A DNA stretch of 64,000 bases, from the IMG/VR virus record IMGVR_UViG_3300042474_001633, positions 1 to 64,000 of that record; one strand, 5' to 3'. Position numbers and translations under genes: made by a program. The DNA comes from a virus. The first letter of the stretch is position 1; every line of letters starts with the position of its first letter. Below, in pieces: positions 8,605-19,865 of the stretch. Below the pieces are notes generated by a model. The model saw nothing but the letters and a program-made list of their open reading frames with translations. It was not told the DNA's origin and searched no databases.

Positions 8605-11600
8605 ATGGATGAACAAGAGATAATTGGTTTCTCGGAGCCATTCCGAGGGACGTCGTCGTTCTATGTAGGATTCAAAACTGTATCGGAGACTGCCTCCGCT
8701 ACAGCAAGTGGTTCTTCGTCCGTATCTCAACTTTATACGGCGATAAGAAATGCTTCAACATCTGCTACATCTGGACACTTCATTGTCTCAGTTCGCGTTT
8801 CTCTACGAGGGGCCACTGGCTCTGGTTCTGCCACAGCAGGAGACCAAGCAATTGGTCTACATATATCTCCGAGACAAGCATCTTCTTCGGCCAACGGAGA
8901 TAGCAGCGTTGTTGTTCTACACGCAGCCCTACGAAGTGCAACAGGGAGCGGAACCGGCTCTTCAAGCAACCTGAGTGAAGTAATAACATTCCTTAGAGCT
9001 GCAAGTGCATCAGGTGGTGCAACCGCAGGCGACGAATCAATTGGCCTTCATACGGCTCCTAGAGGGGCAACTGGTTCTGGTCAGTCCAGTGAATCGTCAA
9101 CTAGAGTTAGAACGGCTGTTGTTTCAGCTACTGGCTCTGCTATCAGCGGTTCTACTGCGATTGGCCTACACACTGCTTCAAGAACGGCTTCTGCCTCTGG
9201 ACAGTCAAACGAATCTGCAGTACGACTTATTGTTTCCCCAAGAAGTGTTACTGGTTCAGGAAATGGCGATTCTCTTGTTCTCGCCCTTCACACACATTTA
9301 CGAACTGCATCTGCTGGTGGTTCTGGAACTTCAAATAACTCTATTCTTTACTCAAACCTTAGAACCGCTCAAGGTTCAGGTTCAGCAACAGCTGGCGATA
9401 CAGCACTAGTTCTCCATTCACATCTAAGAGCCGCAAATGCATCCGGAAACGGCTCAGAGAATTCATCATCGTTCAAGACACCGCTGAGAACTATAAATGA
9501 TTCTGGACAAGGCTCTGAATCTGCAAATGGTCTGCATACATCTCCAAGAACGGCAACAGGTTCTGGTTCTGGAAATTCATCATCATCGATAGTAACTACG
9601 TTTATCAGAACGGCTTCTGCTGCTGGTAATGGAACATCAAACAACTCAATAGTTCATTCAAACCTACGAACAGCCCAGGGCTCTGGTTCTGCAACGGCAG
9701 GAGATGAAGCAACAATACTTCATTCAAGTCTTAGAATCGCAAGTGCTTCTGGAAATGGTTCTGAAAATTCATCATCATTCAAGACTCCGCTCAGAATGGC
9801 TTCTGCGGCAGGACAATCTTCTGATTCTTCAACCGGTCTGCATACTGCACTAAGAACGGCAAGCACTTCTGCAACTGGAAATTCATCATCTTCAATAGTT
9901 ACTACATTTATCAGAACAGCTTCTGCTGCTGGTAATGGCTCATCAAACAACTCAGTCCTGTATTCAAATATCAGAACGGCTCAAGGCTCTGGCTCTGCAA
10001 CCGCTGGCGATGAAGCAACAATTCTTCACTCATCACTCAGAACTGCATCTGCTAGTGGAACTGGTTCAGAAAGTTCTGAAGAAAAGAACACATTCCTTAG
10101 AACAGCTTCCGAAAATGGAATCGGCTCTTCAACCTCCAATGAGCTGCGCAGTGTTTACAGAACTGGCTCGGCCATTGGCTCTGGTTCATCAAACAACTCA
10201 GTCCTCTACTCAAACCTCAGAACCGCTCAAGGCTCTGGTTCGGCAACAGCAAATGACGAAGCAACAATTCTTCATTCTTCACTTAGGGCAGCATTTGCAA
10301 GCGGATTGGGTTCAGAGAACTCGGAAGAGAAGAGCACATTCGTTAGAACTGTTTCAGATAATGGAAGTGGTTCTTCAATCTCGGAAGAATTGCGCACAAT
10401 TCACAGAAACGCCTCAGCAGCAGGACAGTCTGGTTCGCTTGTTTCAGTTAGGTATGGAATACTAAGAACTGCATTTGCATCTGGCGGAGCAACGGCCAAC
10501 GATGAAGCTCTCATCCGTCACACCTCAATAAGAACAGCCAGTGCTGGTGGTGATGGTTCTTCGTCATCAAACGGTCTACATACTGCACCAAGAGATGCAA
10601 GCGGTTCAGGTCTCGGCGATTCAGTAGCTTCTATTGTTACAACATTCATTAGAACTGCATCTGGTTCCGGTGCTGGCTCATCAAACAACTCTGTTCTGTA
10701 TTCAAATATCAGAACAGCCCAAGGTTCTGGCTCGGCGACTGCTGGAGATGAAGCGCTAACACTTCATTCAAGTCTCAGAGCTGCAAGTGGTTCTGGTGAC
10801 GGTTCCTCGTTTAACTCGTCATTCAAAACGCCAGTAAGAACCGCAAGTGCGAATGGTGATGGTTCTTCAACATCATCTGCGTTCAAAATTTCAAGAAGGA
10901 CTGCAAACGCTTCTGGTCAGGGTTCTGAAGTTTCAATTGGATTGCATATTGCACCAAGGACTGCAAGTGGAAGCGGTTCTGGAAGTTCATCTGTATTAAT
11001 AGTCACTACATTCCTCAGAACTGCATCTGCATCAGGAGTTGGTTCATCAAACAACTCTGTTCTGTACTCAAATATCAGAACGGCTCAGGGTTCGGGTTCA
11101 GCGACTGCTGGAGACGAAGCACTCATTCTCCATACGCACATCAGGGCGGCGTTGGCTTCAGGCGATGGTACATCTAGTGCTCAGTCGTTCAAAACTCCGT
11201 GCAGAAGTGCTAGCGCGTCAGGTGCTGGTTCCGAATCATCAGAAGGACTACATACTGCACCACGAGAAGCTACTGGGTCTGGTTTGGGCGCTGCCTCGAC
11301 TTCAATTATTACGACCTTCATTAGAAATGCTTTCGCTGCTGGAACGGGAAGTTCAAATAACTCTGTTCTATATTCAAACATTAGAACAGCTCAGGGCTCT
11401 GGTTCGGCAACTGCAGGAGATTCTGCAATCGGTTTGCACACTCACCTTCGCTCTGCAACCGGTGAAGGAACTGGCGGTTCTAGCAATACAACTCTCCAAA
11501 GTAATATTCGTTCAGCAAGCGCCTCGGGTGGTGCAACTGCAGGAGATGCGGCAACGGGTCTACACACTGCCCCTAGAGCTGCAGACGGCAATGGAACCAG

Positions 11601-13110
11601 TAACTCAACGGCATCAATTGTAACTACATTCATCAGAACGGCATCTGGTTCTGGTGCTGGTTCGTCAAACAACTCAATTCTTTATTCAAATCTAAGAACA
11701 GCTCAGGGTTCAGGTTCTGCAACAGCTGGCGACGAAGCAGTTGGGTTGCATTCACATCTCCGAAATGCAAATGGTTCAGGTGCTGGAAACTCATTTGTTT
11801 CTCAACTGTTCACACACCTTAGAATAGCATCAACTTCTGGTCAAGGCTCTGAATCTGCAAATGGACTACATACAGCACCAAGAGATGCTGATGGTAATGG
11901 AAATGGTGACTCGACAACATCAATTGTAACTACATTCATCAGAACAGCATCTGGTTCTGGTGCTGGTTCGTCGAACAACTCAATAGTTCACTCCAACCTC
12001 AGAACGGCCCAAGGTTCAGGTTCAGCAACAGCTGAAGATGAAGCCATTGGATTGCACACCGCACCTCGAACGGCAACTGGCGAAGGGACTGGTGGCTCTA
12101 GTGCCTCAATCCTTTATACCAATCTTCGTTCCGCAAGTGCATCAGGTGGAGCGACAGCTGGAGACGAAGCAGTTGGCCTACACACAGCTCCAAGAAACGC
12201 AACTGGTTCTGGCTCTGGCACGGAGAGCACGAATGAATTCAAGATTCTTTATAGAACATCTGTATCTGCTGGAACATCAAGTCAAACAGCAACTGGTCTA
12301 CACGTTGTACCAAGAGCTGCTACTGGTTCTGGTTCTGCCACAGCTGGAGATACTGCAGTTGGCCTGCATACAGCACCAAGAACTGCAACCGGCAATGGAA
12401 TAAGCGGTTCAAGCAATGCGACTCTACAAAGCAATCTTCGTTCAGCAACTGCTTCTGGCGGTGCGACTGCAGGCGATACAGCAAATGGTCTTCATATTGC
12501 ACCAAGAACCGCAGATGGAAATGGAACTGGAGATTCGGCGACATCAATCGTCACAACATTTATCAGAACGGCATCTGGTTCTGGTTTTGGAAATTCAAAC
12601 AACACCATCTTGTACTCAAACCTCAGGACAGCTTTGGGTACTGGTTCTGCAACAGCTGGCGACGAAGCAGTTGGGTTGCATTCACATCTCCGAAATGCAA
12701 ATGGTTCCGGAACAAGCGGTTCATTTGCCTCAAGTCTTCACAGCAATCTCCGTCAGGCAACAGCATTTGGTGGGGCCGCGGCTGGCGATGAAGCGAACGG
12801 CCTGCATACTGCACCAAGAGGCGCAAGTGGAAATGGAACTGGTTCATCATCATTAGCTCAATTGCTAACGATTATCAGAACCGCATCAGTAAGTGGTCAG
12901 AGTTCTCAATCAGCAACGCAATTAATAACAACACCGCTTACTGCAACTGGTCAAGGTGGAGCAACCGCAGGAGACACTGCAGTTGGATTGCACACCGCAC
13001 CAAGAACCGCGAGTGGAACAGGCCATTCAAGCGAAACAGCAAGTTACGACACAGACCCAATCCAGGGAATTACAGCTGGATACTGGGGTATTCAGGCCCT
13101 TGTCAGCTGA
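8605..13110 (+). CDS. 1501-aa Ser/Gly/Ala/Thr-rich repeat protein, probably a virion fibre
   Basis: About 70 units of 20-22 aa (GLHTAPRxAxGxG, IVTTFIRTASGSG, LYSNxRTAQGSGSATAGD), among structural genes. Confidence 0.75.
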   Translation: MDEQEIIGFSEPFRGTSSFYVGFKTVSETASATASGSSSVSQLYTAIRNASTSATSGHFIVSVRVSLRGATGSGSATAGDQAIGLHISPRQASSSANGDSSVVVLHAALRSATGSGTGSSSNLSEVITFLRAASASGGATAGDESIGLHTAPRGATGSGQSSESSTRVRTAVVSATGSAISGSTAIGLHTASRTASASGQSNESAVRLIVSPRSVTGSGNGDSLVLALHTHLRTASAGGSGTSNNSILYSNLRTAQGSGSATAGDTALVLHSHLRAANASGNGSENSSSFKTPLRTINDSGQGSESANGLHTSPRTATGSGSGNSSSSIVTTFIRTASAAGNGTSNNSIVHSNLRTAQGSGSATAGDEATILHSSLRIASASGNGSENSSSFKTPLRMASAAGQSSDSSTGLHTALRTASTSATGNSSSSIVTTFIRTASAAGNGSSNNSVLYSNIRTAQGSGSATAGDEATILHSSLRTASASGTGSESSEEKNTFLRTASENGIGSSTSNELRSVYRTGSAIGSGSSNNSVLYSNLRTAQGSGSATANDEATILHSSLRAAFASGLGSENSEEKSTFVRTVSDNGSGSSISEELRTIHRNASAAGQSGSLVSVRYGILRTAFASGGATANDEALIRHTSIRTASAGGDGSSSSNGLHTAPRDASGSGLGDSVASIVTTFIRTASGSGAGSSNNSVLYSNIRTAQGSGSATAGDEALTLHSSLRAASGSGDGSSFNSSFKTPVRTASANGDGSSTSSAFKISRRTANASGQGSEVSIGLHIAPRTASGSGSGSSSVLIVTTFLRTASASGVGSSNNSVLYSNIRTAQGSGSATAGDEALILHTHIRAALASGDGTSSAQSFKTPCRSASASGAGSESSEGLHTAPREATGSGLGAASTSIITTFIRNAFAAGTGSSNNSVLYSNIRTAQGSGSATAGDSAIGLHTHLRSATGEGTGGSSNTTLQSNIRSASASGGATAGDAATGLHTAPRAADGNGTSNSTASIVTTFIRTASGSGAGSSNNSILYSNLRTAQGSGSATAGDEAVGLHSHLRNANGSGAGNSFVSQLFTHLRIASTSGQGSESANGLHTAPRDADGNGNGDSTTSIVTTFIRTASGSGAGSSNNSIVHSNLRTAQGSGSATAEDEAIGLHTAPRTATGEGTGGSSASILYTNLRSASASGGATAGDEAVGLHTAPRNATGSGSGTESTNEFKILYRTSVSAGTSSQTATGLHVVPRAATGSGSATAGDTAVGLHTAPRTATGNGISGSSNATLQSNLRSATASGGATAGDTANGLHIAPRTADGNGTGDSATSIVTTFIRTASGSGFGNSNNTILYSNLRTALGTGSATAGDEAVGLHSHLRNANGSGTSGSFASSLHSNLRQATAFGGAAAGDEANGLHTAPRGASGNGTGSSSLAQLLTIIRTASVSGQSSQSATQLITTPLTATGQGGATAGDTAVGLHTAPRTASGTGHSSETASYDTDPIQGITAGYWGIQALVS

Positions 13111-13133
13111 TATGGGGTAAACTAGGAGTAATC

Positions 13134-13766
13134 ATGGCAGCATATACACGCAAACAATATTCGGGCGCGGCTCGCAATACGTTAACGACGACACTCTTGA
13201 CGAATGTTGGAACAACTGTTGACATTGCGGCGACCACTGGGTGGCCATCCGTTGCTGGCATCCCTTTTTACGTCGTAATTCAGCCGGCTTCAATCCATGA
13301 AGAAAAGTGCCTTGCAACCATCTCTGATTCAACACTTACCTTAACAAGAGCCCAAGATGACACGACTGCATCTGAGCACCCAATTGGTTCGGTCATTTAC
13401 CCGGTATTTACTGCAAATGATGCTGACGAAGCTAATGAACTCGTAAGCAAACTTACTACTAAAGGCGACCTGCTCACTACTGATGGAACAAATCTCCTGC
13501 GACTTGGAGTTGGTCCAAACGGATACTTTCTAAAAGCAAGCACTTCGGCATCTGCCGGCGTTGAGTGGGCATCGATACCGACAATCAACAGCCTTAATGA
13601 CATTGGTGATGTAATCCTTGTCAGTGCCAGCATTGGGCAGGTTTTGACATATGACGGAACAAACTGGGTTAATCAAAACTCCAGTATTGGTAGTGGTAAT
13701 CTTGATGGTGGTAGTGCCGTGTCTAACTACGGAACAATTACCGCGCTAGACGGAGGTTCGGCATAA
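13134..13766 (+). CDS. Virion structural / fibre-associated protein
   Basis: AGGAG SD; LTRAQDDT.A..H..GS, TTKGDLL...RLGVG.NG..L, and L.DIGDV repeat elements. Confidence 0.65.
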   Translation: MAAYTRKQYSGAARNTLTTTLLTNVGTTVDIAATTGWPSVAGIPFYVVIQPASIHEEKCLATISDSTLTLTRAQDDTTASEHPIGSVIYPVFTANDADEANELVSKLTTKGDLLTTDGTNLLRLGVGPNGYFLKASTSASAGVEWASIPTINSLNDIGDVILVSASIGQVLTYDGTNWVNQNSSIGSGNLDGGSAVSNYGTITALDGGSA

Positions 13767-16700
13767 TGGCTGTGAGAATTCAGATAAGACGCGATACGGC
13801 CAGCAACTGGACCTCTACTAATACCGTTCTTGCTGATGGTGAAATTGGTCTCGAAACAAACACCAGCAAAATCAAAATTGGTAATGGCTCTACTGCTTGG
13901 AACTCTCTTTCCTACTTTGTCGGCCATCTGCCCGGAGCAACACTCGATGCGCTCGGCGACGTAAATATAACGAGTGTTTCGAATGGCGATTTTCTTCGTT
14001 ACAGCAGTTCTGCTTCAGCCTGGATTAATGACCCAGTAAACCTTTCAACCGACACGGTCGGAGACTATGTCCAGAGTCTGGTTGCTGGAACTGGCGTCAC
14101 CGTAACAAACAACTCTGGGGAAGGAACAACGCCGACAGTTGCTATCGGTCAGGCTGTTGGAACTTCTGCTTCTGTAACTTTTGCAAATGTAACAGCAGAC
14201 CTTGTCGGAGATGTTACTGGAAATTCCTCTACGGCAACGACACTTGAGACATCGCGAACAATCTCGCTTACTGGCGATGTGTCTGGTTCCGTATCATTCA
14301 ACGGCTCTTCTGACGCAAGCATTACTGCAACGATTCAGCCAAACTCTGTCACCCTCGGCACCGACACAACAGGGAACTATGTAAACGATGTAACCGCTGG
14401 AACTGGCGTTTCGGTTACACACACCCCTGGTGAGGGTTCAAGCCCAACCATCGCAATTGGTCAGGCAGTTGGAACTTCATCATCAGTGCAATTTGCTGCA
14501 GTTACTGCGCCGTTGGTTGGTAATGCCTCTACCGCAACCACCCTGGAAAATGCACGAACAATCTCTTTGGGTGGAGATGTCAGCGGCTCTGTTTCATTCA
14601 ATGGCTCTTCCGATGTGACGATTAACGCAACCGTACAGCCAAACGCTGTCACTCTCGGTACAGACACCACTGGAGATTATGTTTCATCCCTGGTTGCAGG
14701 AACTGGCGTAGCCCTCACCAATAATACTGGAGAGTCAGCAACCCCTACCGTCGCAATTGGTCAGGATGTTGGGACTTCTGCTTCGGTCACATTTGCCCAT
14801 GTCTCTGCTCCAATCACTGGAAATGTAACTGGAAATGTTACTGGAAGTTCAGGTTCTACCACTGGAAACGCTGCGACTGCAACCGCCCTACAAAACGCAC
14901 GCACCATATCACTTTCTGGTGATGTATCAGGTTCGGTTTCGTTTGACGGAACCAGCAACGTTTCAATTAGCGCAACAGTTGAGCCAAACTCGGTTGCGCT
15001 CGGTACCGATACAACTGGAAACTATGTCAATGACCTGACAGCCGGTACTGGTGTTTCGATAACCCACACACCCTCAGAGGGCTCAAGCCCAACCGTAGCC
15101 ATTGGTCAATCGGTAGCAACTAGCGCATCTGTAACTTTTGCAAAAGTTGATACAACTGGCGACATTACCGTTGGCGGAAACCTGACAGTAAACGGAACCA
15201 CAACCACTCTTAACACAGAGACGCTGGCGATTGAGGACAACATTGTTGTTCTGAACAGCAATGTCACTGGCTCACCAGCAACCAATGCTGGTATCGAAGT
15301 AGAGCGAGGCGACTCTGCAAATGTTGTTCTGCGCTGGAACGAGTCGACCGATAAGTGGGAAACCACCAATGATGGTTCTGCATATTCCGTAATTGCAACG
15401 AACGGAAACATTGCTCTAGGAACAGACACGACTGGCAACTATGTTAATGATTTGACCGCTGGAACGGGCGTTACTGTAACGCACACTCCTGGCGAAGGTT
15501 CTTCTCCAACGGTAGCAATCGGACAGGCTGTAGGAACCTCATCGTCGGTACAATTCGCTGCAGTTACCGCTCCATTAATTGGCAATGCCTCTACGGCTAC
15601 AACTCTTGCTACTTCACGAACAATTGAACTAACTGGCGATGTGTCTGGCTCTGTATCGTTTAACGGTTCCGCAGATGCAAGCATCTCGGCGACAATTCAA
15701 CCGAATTCGGTATCACTTGGCACCGACACAACTGGCAACTATGTTAATGATTTGACCGCTGGAACCGGCGTCACCGTAACTCATACACCTGGGGAAGGCT
15801 CAAGTCCGACCGTAGCAATTGGTCAGGATGTATCAGCATCGGTTGCTCCAACATTTGCTGGTTTGAATCTAAACGGAAGCATTGTTTTTGAAGGAGCAAC
15901 TGCCAACGAGTTTGAAACAACTCTTTCAGTCACTGACCCAACCGCAGACAGAACTATTACCTTGCCTGATGCATCAACGACTTTGGTTGGAACAGACACC
16001 ACTCAAACTCTTTCTAATAAAACACTTACTACTCCAACCATAAATGGACCAGAAATCACGGCTACTGGTGGGACTCCGAGAATTCATGGTATCTATCTTC
16101 CAGAACCACATTTCATTACATTTGAGGGTGCAACAACAGATGAGTTTGAAACAGTACTCACCGTTGTTAACCCAACTGCCGATAGAACCGTAAGCCTTCC
16201 CGATGCAAGCGGAACAGTTGCACTGAGTGGAACTATTGCTCTTGGAACGGACACCACTGGAAACTATGTAAACGACCTGACAGCGGGCACGGGCGTTACC
16301 GTAACGCACACACCAGGAGAAGGCTCCAGCCCGACCGTGGCTATTGGTCAGTCGGTAGCCACGAGCGCGTCCGTAACATTCGCTCATGTTTCGGCACCAG
16401 TAACTGGAAACGTTACCGGTGATGTTTCTGGAAATGCAGGAACCGCTACAGCACTACAAAACCCACGCGCGATTAGTCTTGGTGGTGACCTCAGTGGGTC
16501 AGTATCATTCAATGGAACATCCGATGTAACTATCACCGCAACAGTTCAACCAAATTCAGTAGCACTTGGGACCGACACATCTGGAGATTACGTTCAGTCG
16601 CTTGTCGCTGGTACTGGCGTAACACTTACCAACAACTCTGGTGAAACTTCTACCCCAACGGTAGCCATTGGACAAGCCGTTGGGACAAGCGCCTCGGTTA

Positions 16701-18583
16701 CATTTGCCAAAGTTGATACAACTGGCGATGTAGTTGTCGGTGGAAACCTTACGGTGAACGGAACAACGACCACGCTCAATACAGAAACACTCGCCGTTGA
16801 GGACAACATCATTGTTCTTAATAACGGCGTTACTGGCTCGCCGACAACAAATGCTGGGATTGAAGTTGAGCGCGGAACATCTGCAAATGTCGCTCTTCGC
16901 TGGAATGAGACATCGGATAAGTGGGAACTCACTGAAGATGGAGCCACATACAATGAAATCGCAACCAACGATGAGGTAAGTGCAATAACCATCTCCATAC
17001 TTGATGACATTGGTGATGTGTCTGCATCAGCAGCGGCTTCTGGCGACTTCCTCAAGTACAATGGCGCTGCGTGGGTCAACGACCCAATCAACCTAGGAAC
17101 AGACACTGTTGGAAACTATGTCGCTGATGTTGTTTCAGGTACGGGAATCACCATCTCGCACACCCCTGGAGAAGGTTCATCGGCATCTGTTGCCCTTAAC
17201 GCGACGCTGGATGACCTCAGCAATGTCACTGCTCCATCACCATCTGACGGAAACTTCCTCAAGTATGTTTCTGCTTCATCTGCATGGGTTCCTGCATCAA
17301 TTCCGACCATCAACGCTCTTGACGATATTGGCGATGTCTCTGCTGCAGCGCCGACAACTGGACACTTCTTGCAGTGGAACGGTACTGCATGGATTCCTGC
17401 TGCTGCTGGTGGGGCACTTACTACGACATCTATTACGACAACTTCTGCAACTGAAATTTTTTCATTCGACCCAACTTTACATGGAACCGCAGAAGTAACA
17501 TTACAAATTAAACAAGGTGCTAAAAAAACTTCATCTCGTGCATTGGTGAATCATGACGGTTCATCAACCGCCCTATTGACACAGTATGCAAAATTGGAAC
17601 ATGGTTCTCCAGTAATTCCAGTAACGCTTGCGGCAAATTACGATACACAAGGGTCTTGGACTACACGTACCTCAAACTTTGGCAATACACACATCGACTC
17701 CGTGGCTTACGGCAACAACCTCTGGGTTGCCGGTGGAAACTATGGTCAACTTCGCACCTCCACTAACGCAACAACTTGGACTACAAGAACGTCAAACTTT
17801 GGTAATACAGACATCAACTCCATCGCGTACGGCAACAACCTGTGGGTTGCTGCTGGAGACGCTGGTCAACTCCGTACATCCACAGACGCAATTACGTGGA
17901 CCACACGCACATCAGACTTTACGAATCAGTACGGTCCTACGAACATCTTCGCCGTTGCCTACGGAAACAGCCTTTGGGTCGCTGGTGGAGATTATGGTAA
18001 ACTTCGCACTTCAACCGACGCTATTACTTGGGATGAGCAAACCTCAAACTTTGGTAATACAGCCATCTTATCCGTCGCCTACGGGAACAATCTTTGGGTT
18101 GCTGGTGGCAATGATGGTCAACTTCGCACCTCGACCGACGCTATTACTTGGGTAACACGAACCTCAAACTTTGGCGTTTATACAATTACGTCCGTCGGTT
18201 ACGACAGCAACCTCTGGGTTGCTGGTGGTACTGCTGGTCTAATTCGTACCTCAACAGACGGTACAACTTGGACAACCAGAACATCTAACTTCCTTTTTAG
18301 CATCAAATCTATTGACTACGGCAACAACCTTTGGGTGGCTGCGGGGTATTACGGAGACATGCGTACCTCAACAGATGCAATAACTTGGGTAACACAAACT
18401 TCAAACTTTACTTCAACAATCCGCTCCGTCGCCTACGGCAACAGCCTCTGGGTTGCTGCTGGATATAGCGGTCAACTCAGAACATCTGTAGATTCAGATA
18501 AAGTTATAGTTACTGCAACTATTACAGACGCAAACGTAACTACTGCAACAAGTAAAGCAACTATCGTGTTGACGGAGGAATAG
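13766..18583 (+). CDS. Long tail fibre / receptor-binding protein with C-terminal 7-bladed beta-propeller
   Basis: N-terminal IQIRRDT..NW...L.DGEIGLET...KIG.G..AWNSL.Y (Mtd N-terminal-like); LGTDTTGNYV shaft repeats; seven 40-aa WTTRTSNF repeats near the C-terminus. Confidence 0.85.
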   Translation: MAVRIQIRRDTASNWTSTNTVLADGEIGLETNTSKIKIGNGSTAWNSLSYFVGHLPGATLDALGDVNITSVSNGDFLRYSSSASAWINDPVNLSTDTVGDYVQSLVAGTGVTVTNNSGEGTTPTVAIGQAVGTSASVTFANVTADLVGDVTGNSSTATTLETSRTISLTGDVSGSVSFNGSSDASITATIQPNSVTLGTDTTGNYVNDVTAGTGVSVTHTPGEGSSPTIAIGQAVGTSSSVQFAAVTAPLVGNASTATTLENARTISLGGDVSGSVSFNGSSDVTINATVQPNAVTLGTDTTGDYVSSLVAGTGVALTNNTGESATPTVAIGQDVGTSASVTFAHVSAPITGNVTGNVTGSSGSTTGNAATATALQNARTISLSGDVSGSVSFDGTSNVSISATVEPNSVALGTDTTGNYVNDLTAGTGVSITHTPSEGSSPTVAIGQSVATSASVTFAKVDTTGDITVGGNLTVNGTTTTLNTETLAIEDNIVVLNSNVTGSPATNAGIEVERGDSANVVLRWNESTDKWETTNDGSAYSVIATNGNIALGTDTTGNYVNDLTAGTGVTVTHTPGEGSSPTVAIGQAVGTSSSVQFAAVTAPLIGNASTATTLATSRTIELTGDVSGSVSFNGSADASISATIQPNSVSLGTDTTGNYVNDLTAGTGVTVTHTPGEGSSPTVAIGQDVSASVAPTFAGLNLNGSIVFEGATANEFETTLSVTDPTADRTITLPDASTTLVGTDTTQTLSNKTLTTPTINGPEITATGGTPRIHGIYLPEPHFITFEGATTDEFETVLTVVNPTADRTVSLPDASGTVALSGTIALGTDTTGNYVNDLTAGTGVTVTHTPGEGSSPTVAIGQSVATSASVTFAHVSAPVTGNVTGDVSGNAGTATALQNPRAISLGGDLSGSVSFNGTSDVTITATVQPNSVALGTDTSGDYVQSLVAGTGVTLTNNSGETSTPTVAIGQAVGTSASVTFAKVDTTGDVVVGGNLTVNGTTTTLNTETLAVEDNIIVLNNGVTGSPTTNAGIEVERGTSANVALRWNETSDKWELTEDGATYNEIATNDEVSAITISILDDIGDVSASAAASGDFLKYNGAAWVNDPINLGTDTVGNYVADVVSGTGITISHTPGEGSSASVALNATLDDLSNVTAPSPSDGNFLKYVSASSAWVPASIPTINALDDIGDVSAAAPTTGHFLQWNGTAWIPAAAGGALTTTSITTTSATEIFSFDPTLHGTAEVTLQIKQGAKKTSSRALVNHDGSSTALLTQYAKLEHGSPVIPVTLAANYDTQGSWTTRTSNFGNTHIDSVAYGNNLWVAGGNYGQLRTSTNATTWTTRTSNFGNTDINSIAYGNNLWVAAGDAGQLRTSTDAITWTTRTSDFTNQYGPTNIFAVAYGNSLWVAGGDYGKLRTSTDAITWDEQTSNFGNTAILSVAYGNNLWVAGGNDGQLRTSTDAITWVTRTSNFGVYTITSVGYDSNLWVAGGTAGLIRTSTDGTTWTTRTSNFLFSIKSIDYGNNLWVAAGYYGDMRTSTDAITWVTQTSNFTSTIRSVAYGNSLWVAAGYSGQLRTSVDSDKVIVTATITDANVTTATSKATIVLTEE

Positions 18584-18585
18584 AC

Positions 18586-19812
18586 ATGGCCTTATCAAAT
18601 TTTGTAGTTAGTGAAAATGTTATTGCGGACAATTTGCCCTCATTTGACGAGGTCGCAGTTTCGGCATCTACAGTAACAACCATTTCATCTTTTAATAAAG
18701 ATGTTGCAGACAATGTTGAATTCACCGTAAAAGTCACACAGGGTATCCGCAGGTATTCATCGAAGTCCCTTGCGCTGCACGATGGTTCAACTGTTGATTT
18801 GGCTCAGTATGGGGAACTGTCGATTGCTGGCTATAATCCACCTAGCACTTGGACCACCCGAACTTCAAACTTTGGTAATACGACCATCCGCTCCGTCGCA
18901 TACGGAAATAACCTGTGGGTCGCTGCAGGTGGATATAGTCCCGTACTCGCCACATCCACAGACGCGGTCACATGGACCACACGAACATCAAACTTTGGTT
19001 CCTACAACATCAACTCTGTCGCCTACGGAAACTTATGGGTCGCTGGTGGGAACGAAGGTAGACTGCGCACCTCAACGGACGGAACAACTTGGACTACAAG
19101 AACTTCAAACTTTGGTAATACACACATCAAATCCGTCGCTTTTGGCAATAATCTATGGGTTGCGGGTGGATACTATGGTCAACTTCGTACATCAACAGAC
19201 GCAGTAACTTGGACAACCAGAACATCAAACTTTGGTAATACACACATCCTCGCCGTCGCTTATGGCAACAACCTCTGGGTCGCTTCTGGATACTCTGGAC
19301 AAATTCGTACCTCTACAGACGGAACAACCTGGACGACCAGAACATCCAACTTTGGTAATTCACGCATCCTCTCCGTTGCCTACGGAAACAACCTTTGGGT
19401 CGCTGGTGGGGATGGTAGTGAAGTAAGAACCTCAACCGATGCAGTAACTTGGACAACCAGAACATCAACCTTTTCTAGTAACAACAGTATTAAGTCCATT
19501 GCTTTTGGCGCCAGTTTCTGGGTTGCTGCTGGGTACAACAACGGTCAACTGTCTACCTCAAGCGATGCCATTACCTGGACCACACAAACCTCAAACTTTG
19601 GTAATACAAACATCCACTCACTCGCTTACGGCAATAATCTTTGGGTGCTTGGTGGTGGCTACGGTCAAATCCGCACATCAGCCGTAGCATCGATAGCAAT
19701 ACCACTGACACTCTCCGCTGACATTTCTGGTTCAGATGTTCGACTGCGTGCAACTATTACAGACGCGAATACATATGGTGCCACGGTAAAGGTGCTTAAG
19801 ACAGTCCTCTAG
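18586..19812 (+). CDS. Beta-propeller (7 blades) virion/adhesin protein
   Basis: Seven repeats inserted between HDG...QYGEL and LSADISGSDVRL carrier segments. Confidence 0.8.
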   Translation: MALSNFVVSENVIADNLPSFDEVAVSASTVTTISSFNKDVADNVEFTVKVTQGIRRYSSKSLALHDGSTVDLAQYGELSIAGYNPPSTWTTRTSNFGNTTIRSVAYGNNLWVAAGGYSPVLATSTDAVTWTTRTSNFGSYNINSVAYGNLWVAGGNEGRLRTSTDGTTWTTRTSNFGNTHIKSVAFGNNLWVAGGYYGQLRTSTDAVTWTTRTSNFGNTHILAVAYGNNLWVASGYSGQIRTSTDGTTWTTRTSNFGNSRILSVAYGNNLWVAGGDGSEVRTSTDAVTWTTRTSTFSSNNSIKSIAFGASFWVAAGYNNGQLSTSSDAITWTTQTSNFGNTNIHSLAYGNNLWVLGGGYGQIRTSAVASIAIPLTLSADISGSDVRLRATITDANTYGATVKVLKTVL

Positions 19813-19865
19813 TATTAAGTAGTATTATTTATTAAAACCATACACCTCGGGGAGAATGAACTGAG

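Noticed and set aside
8605-13110. Ice-nucleation protein
   Set aside because: Composition is similar, but it lacks the AGYGSTxTA 16-aa periodicity; the period here is 20/22 aa.
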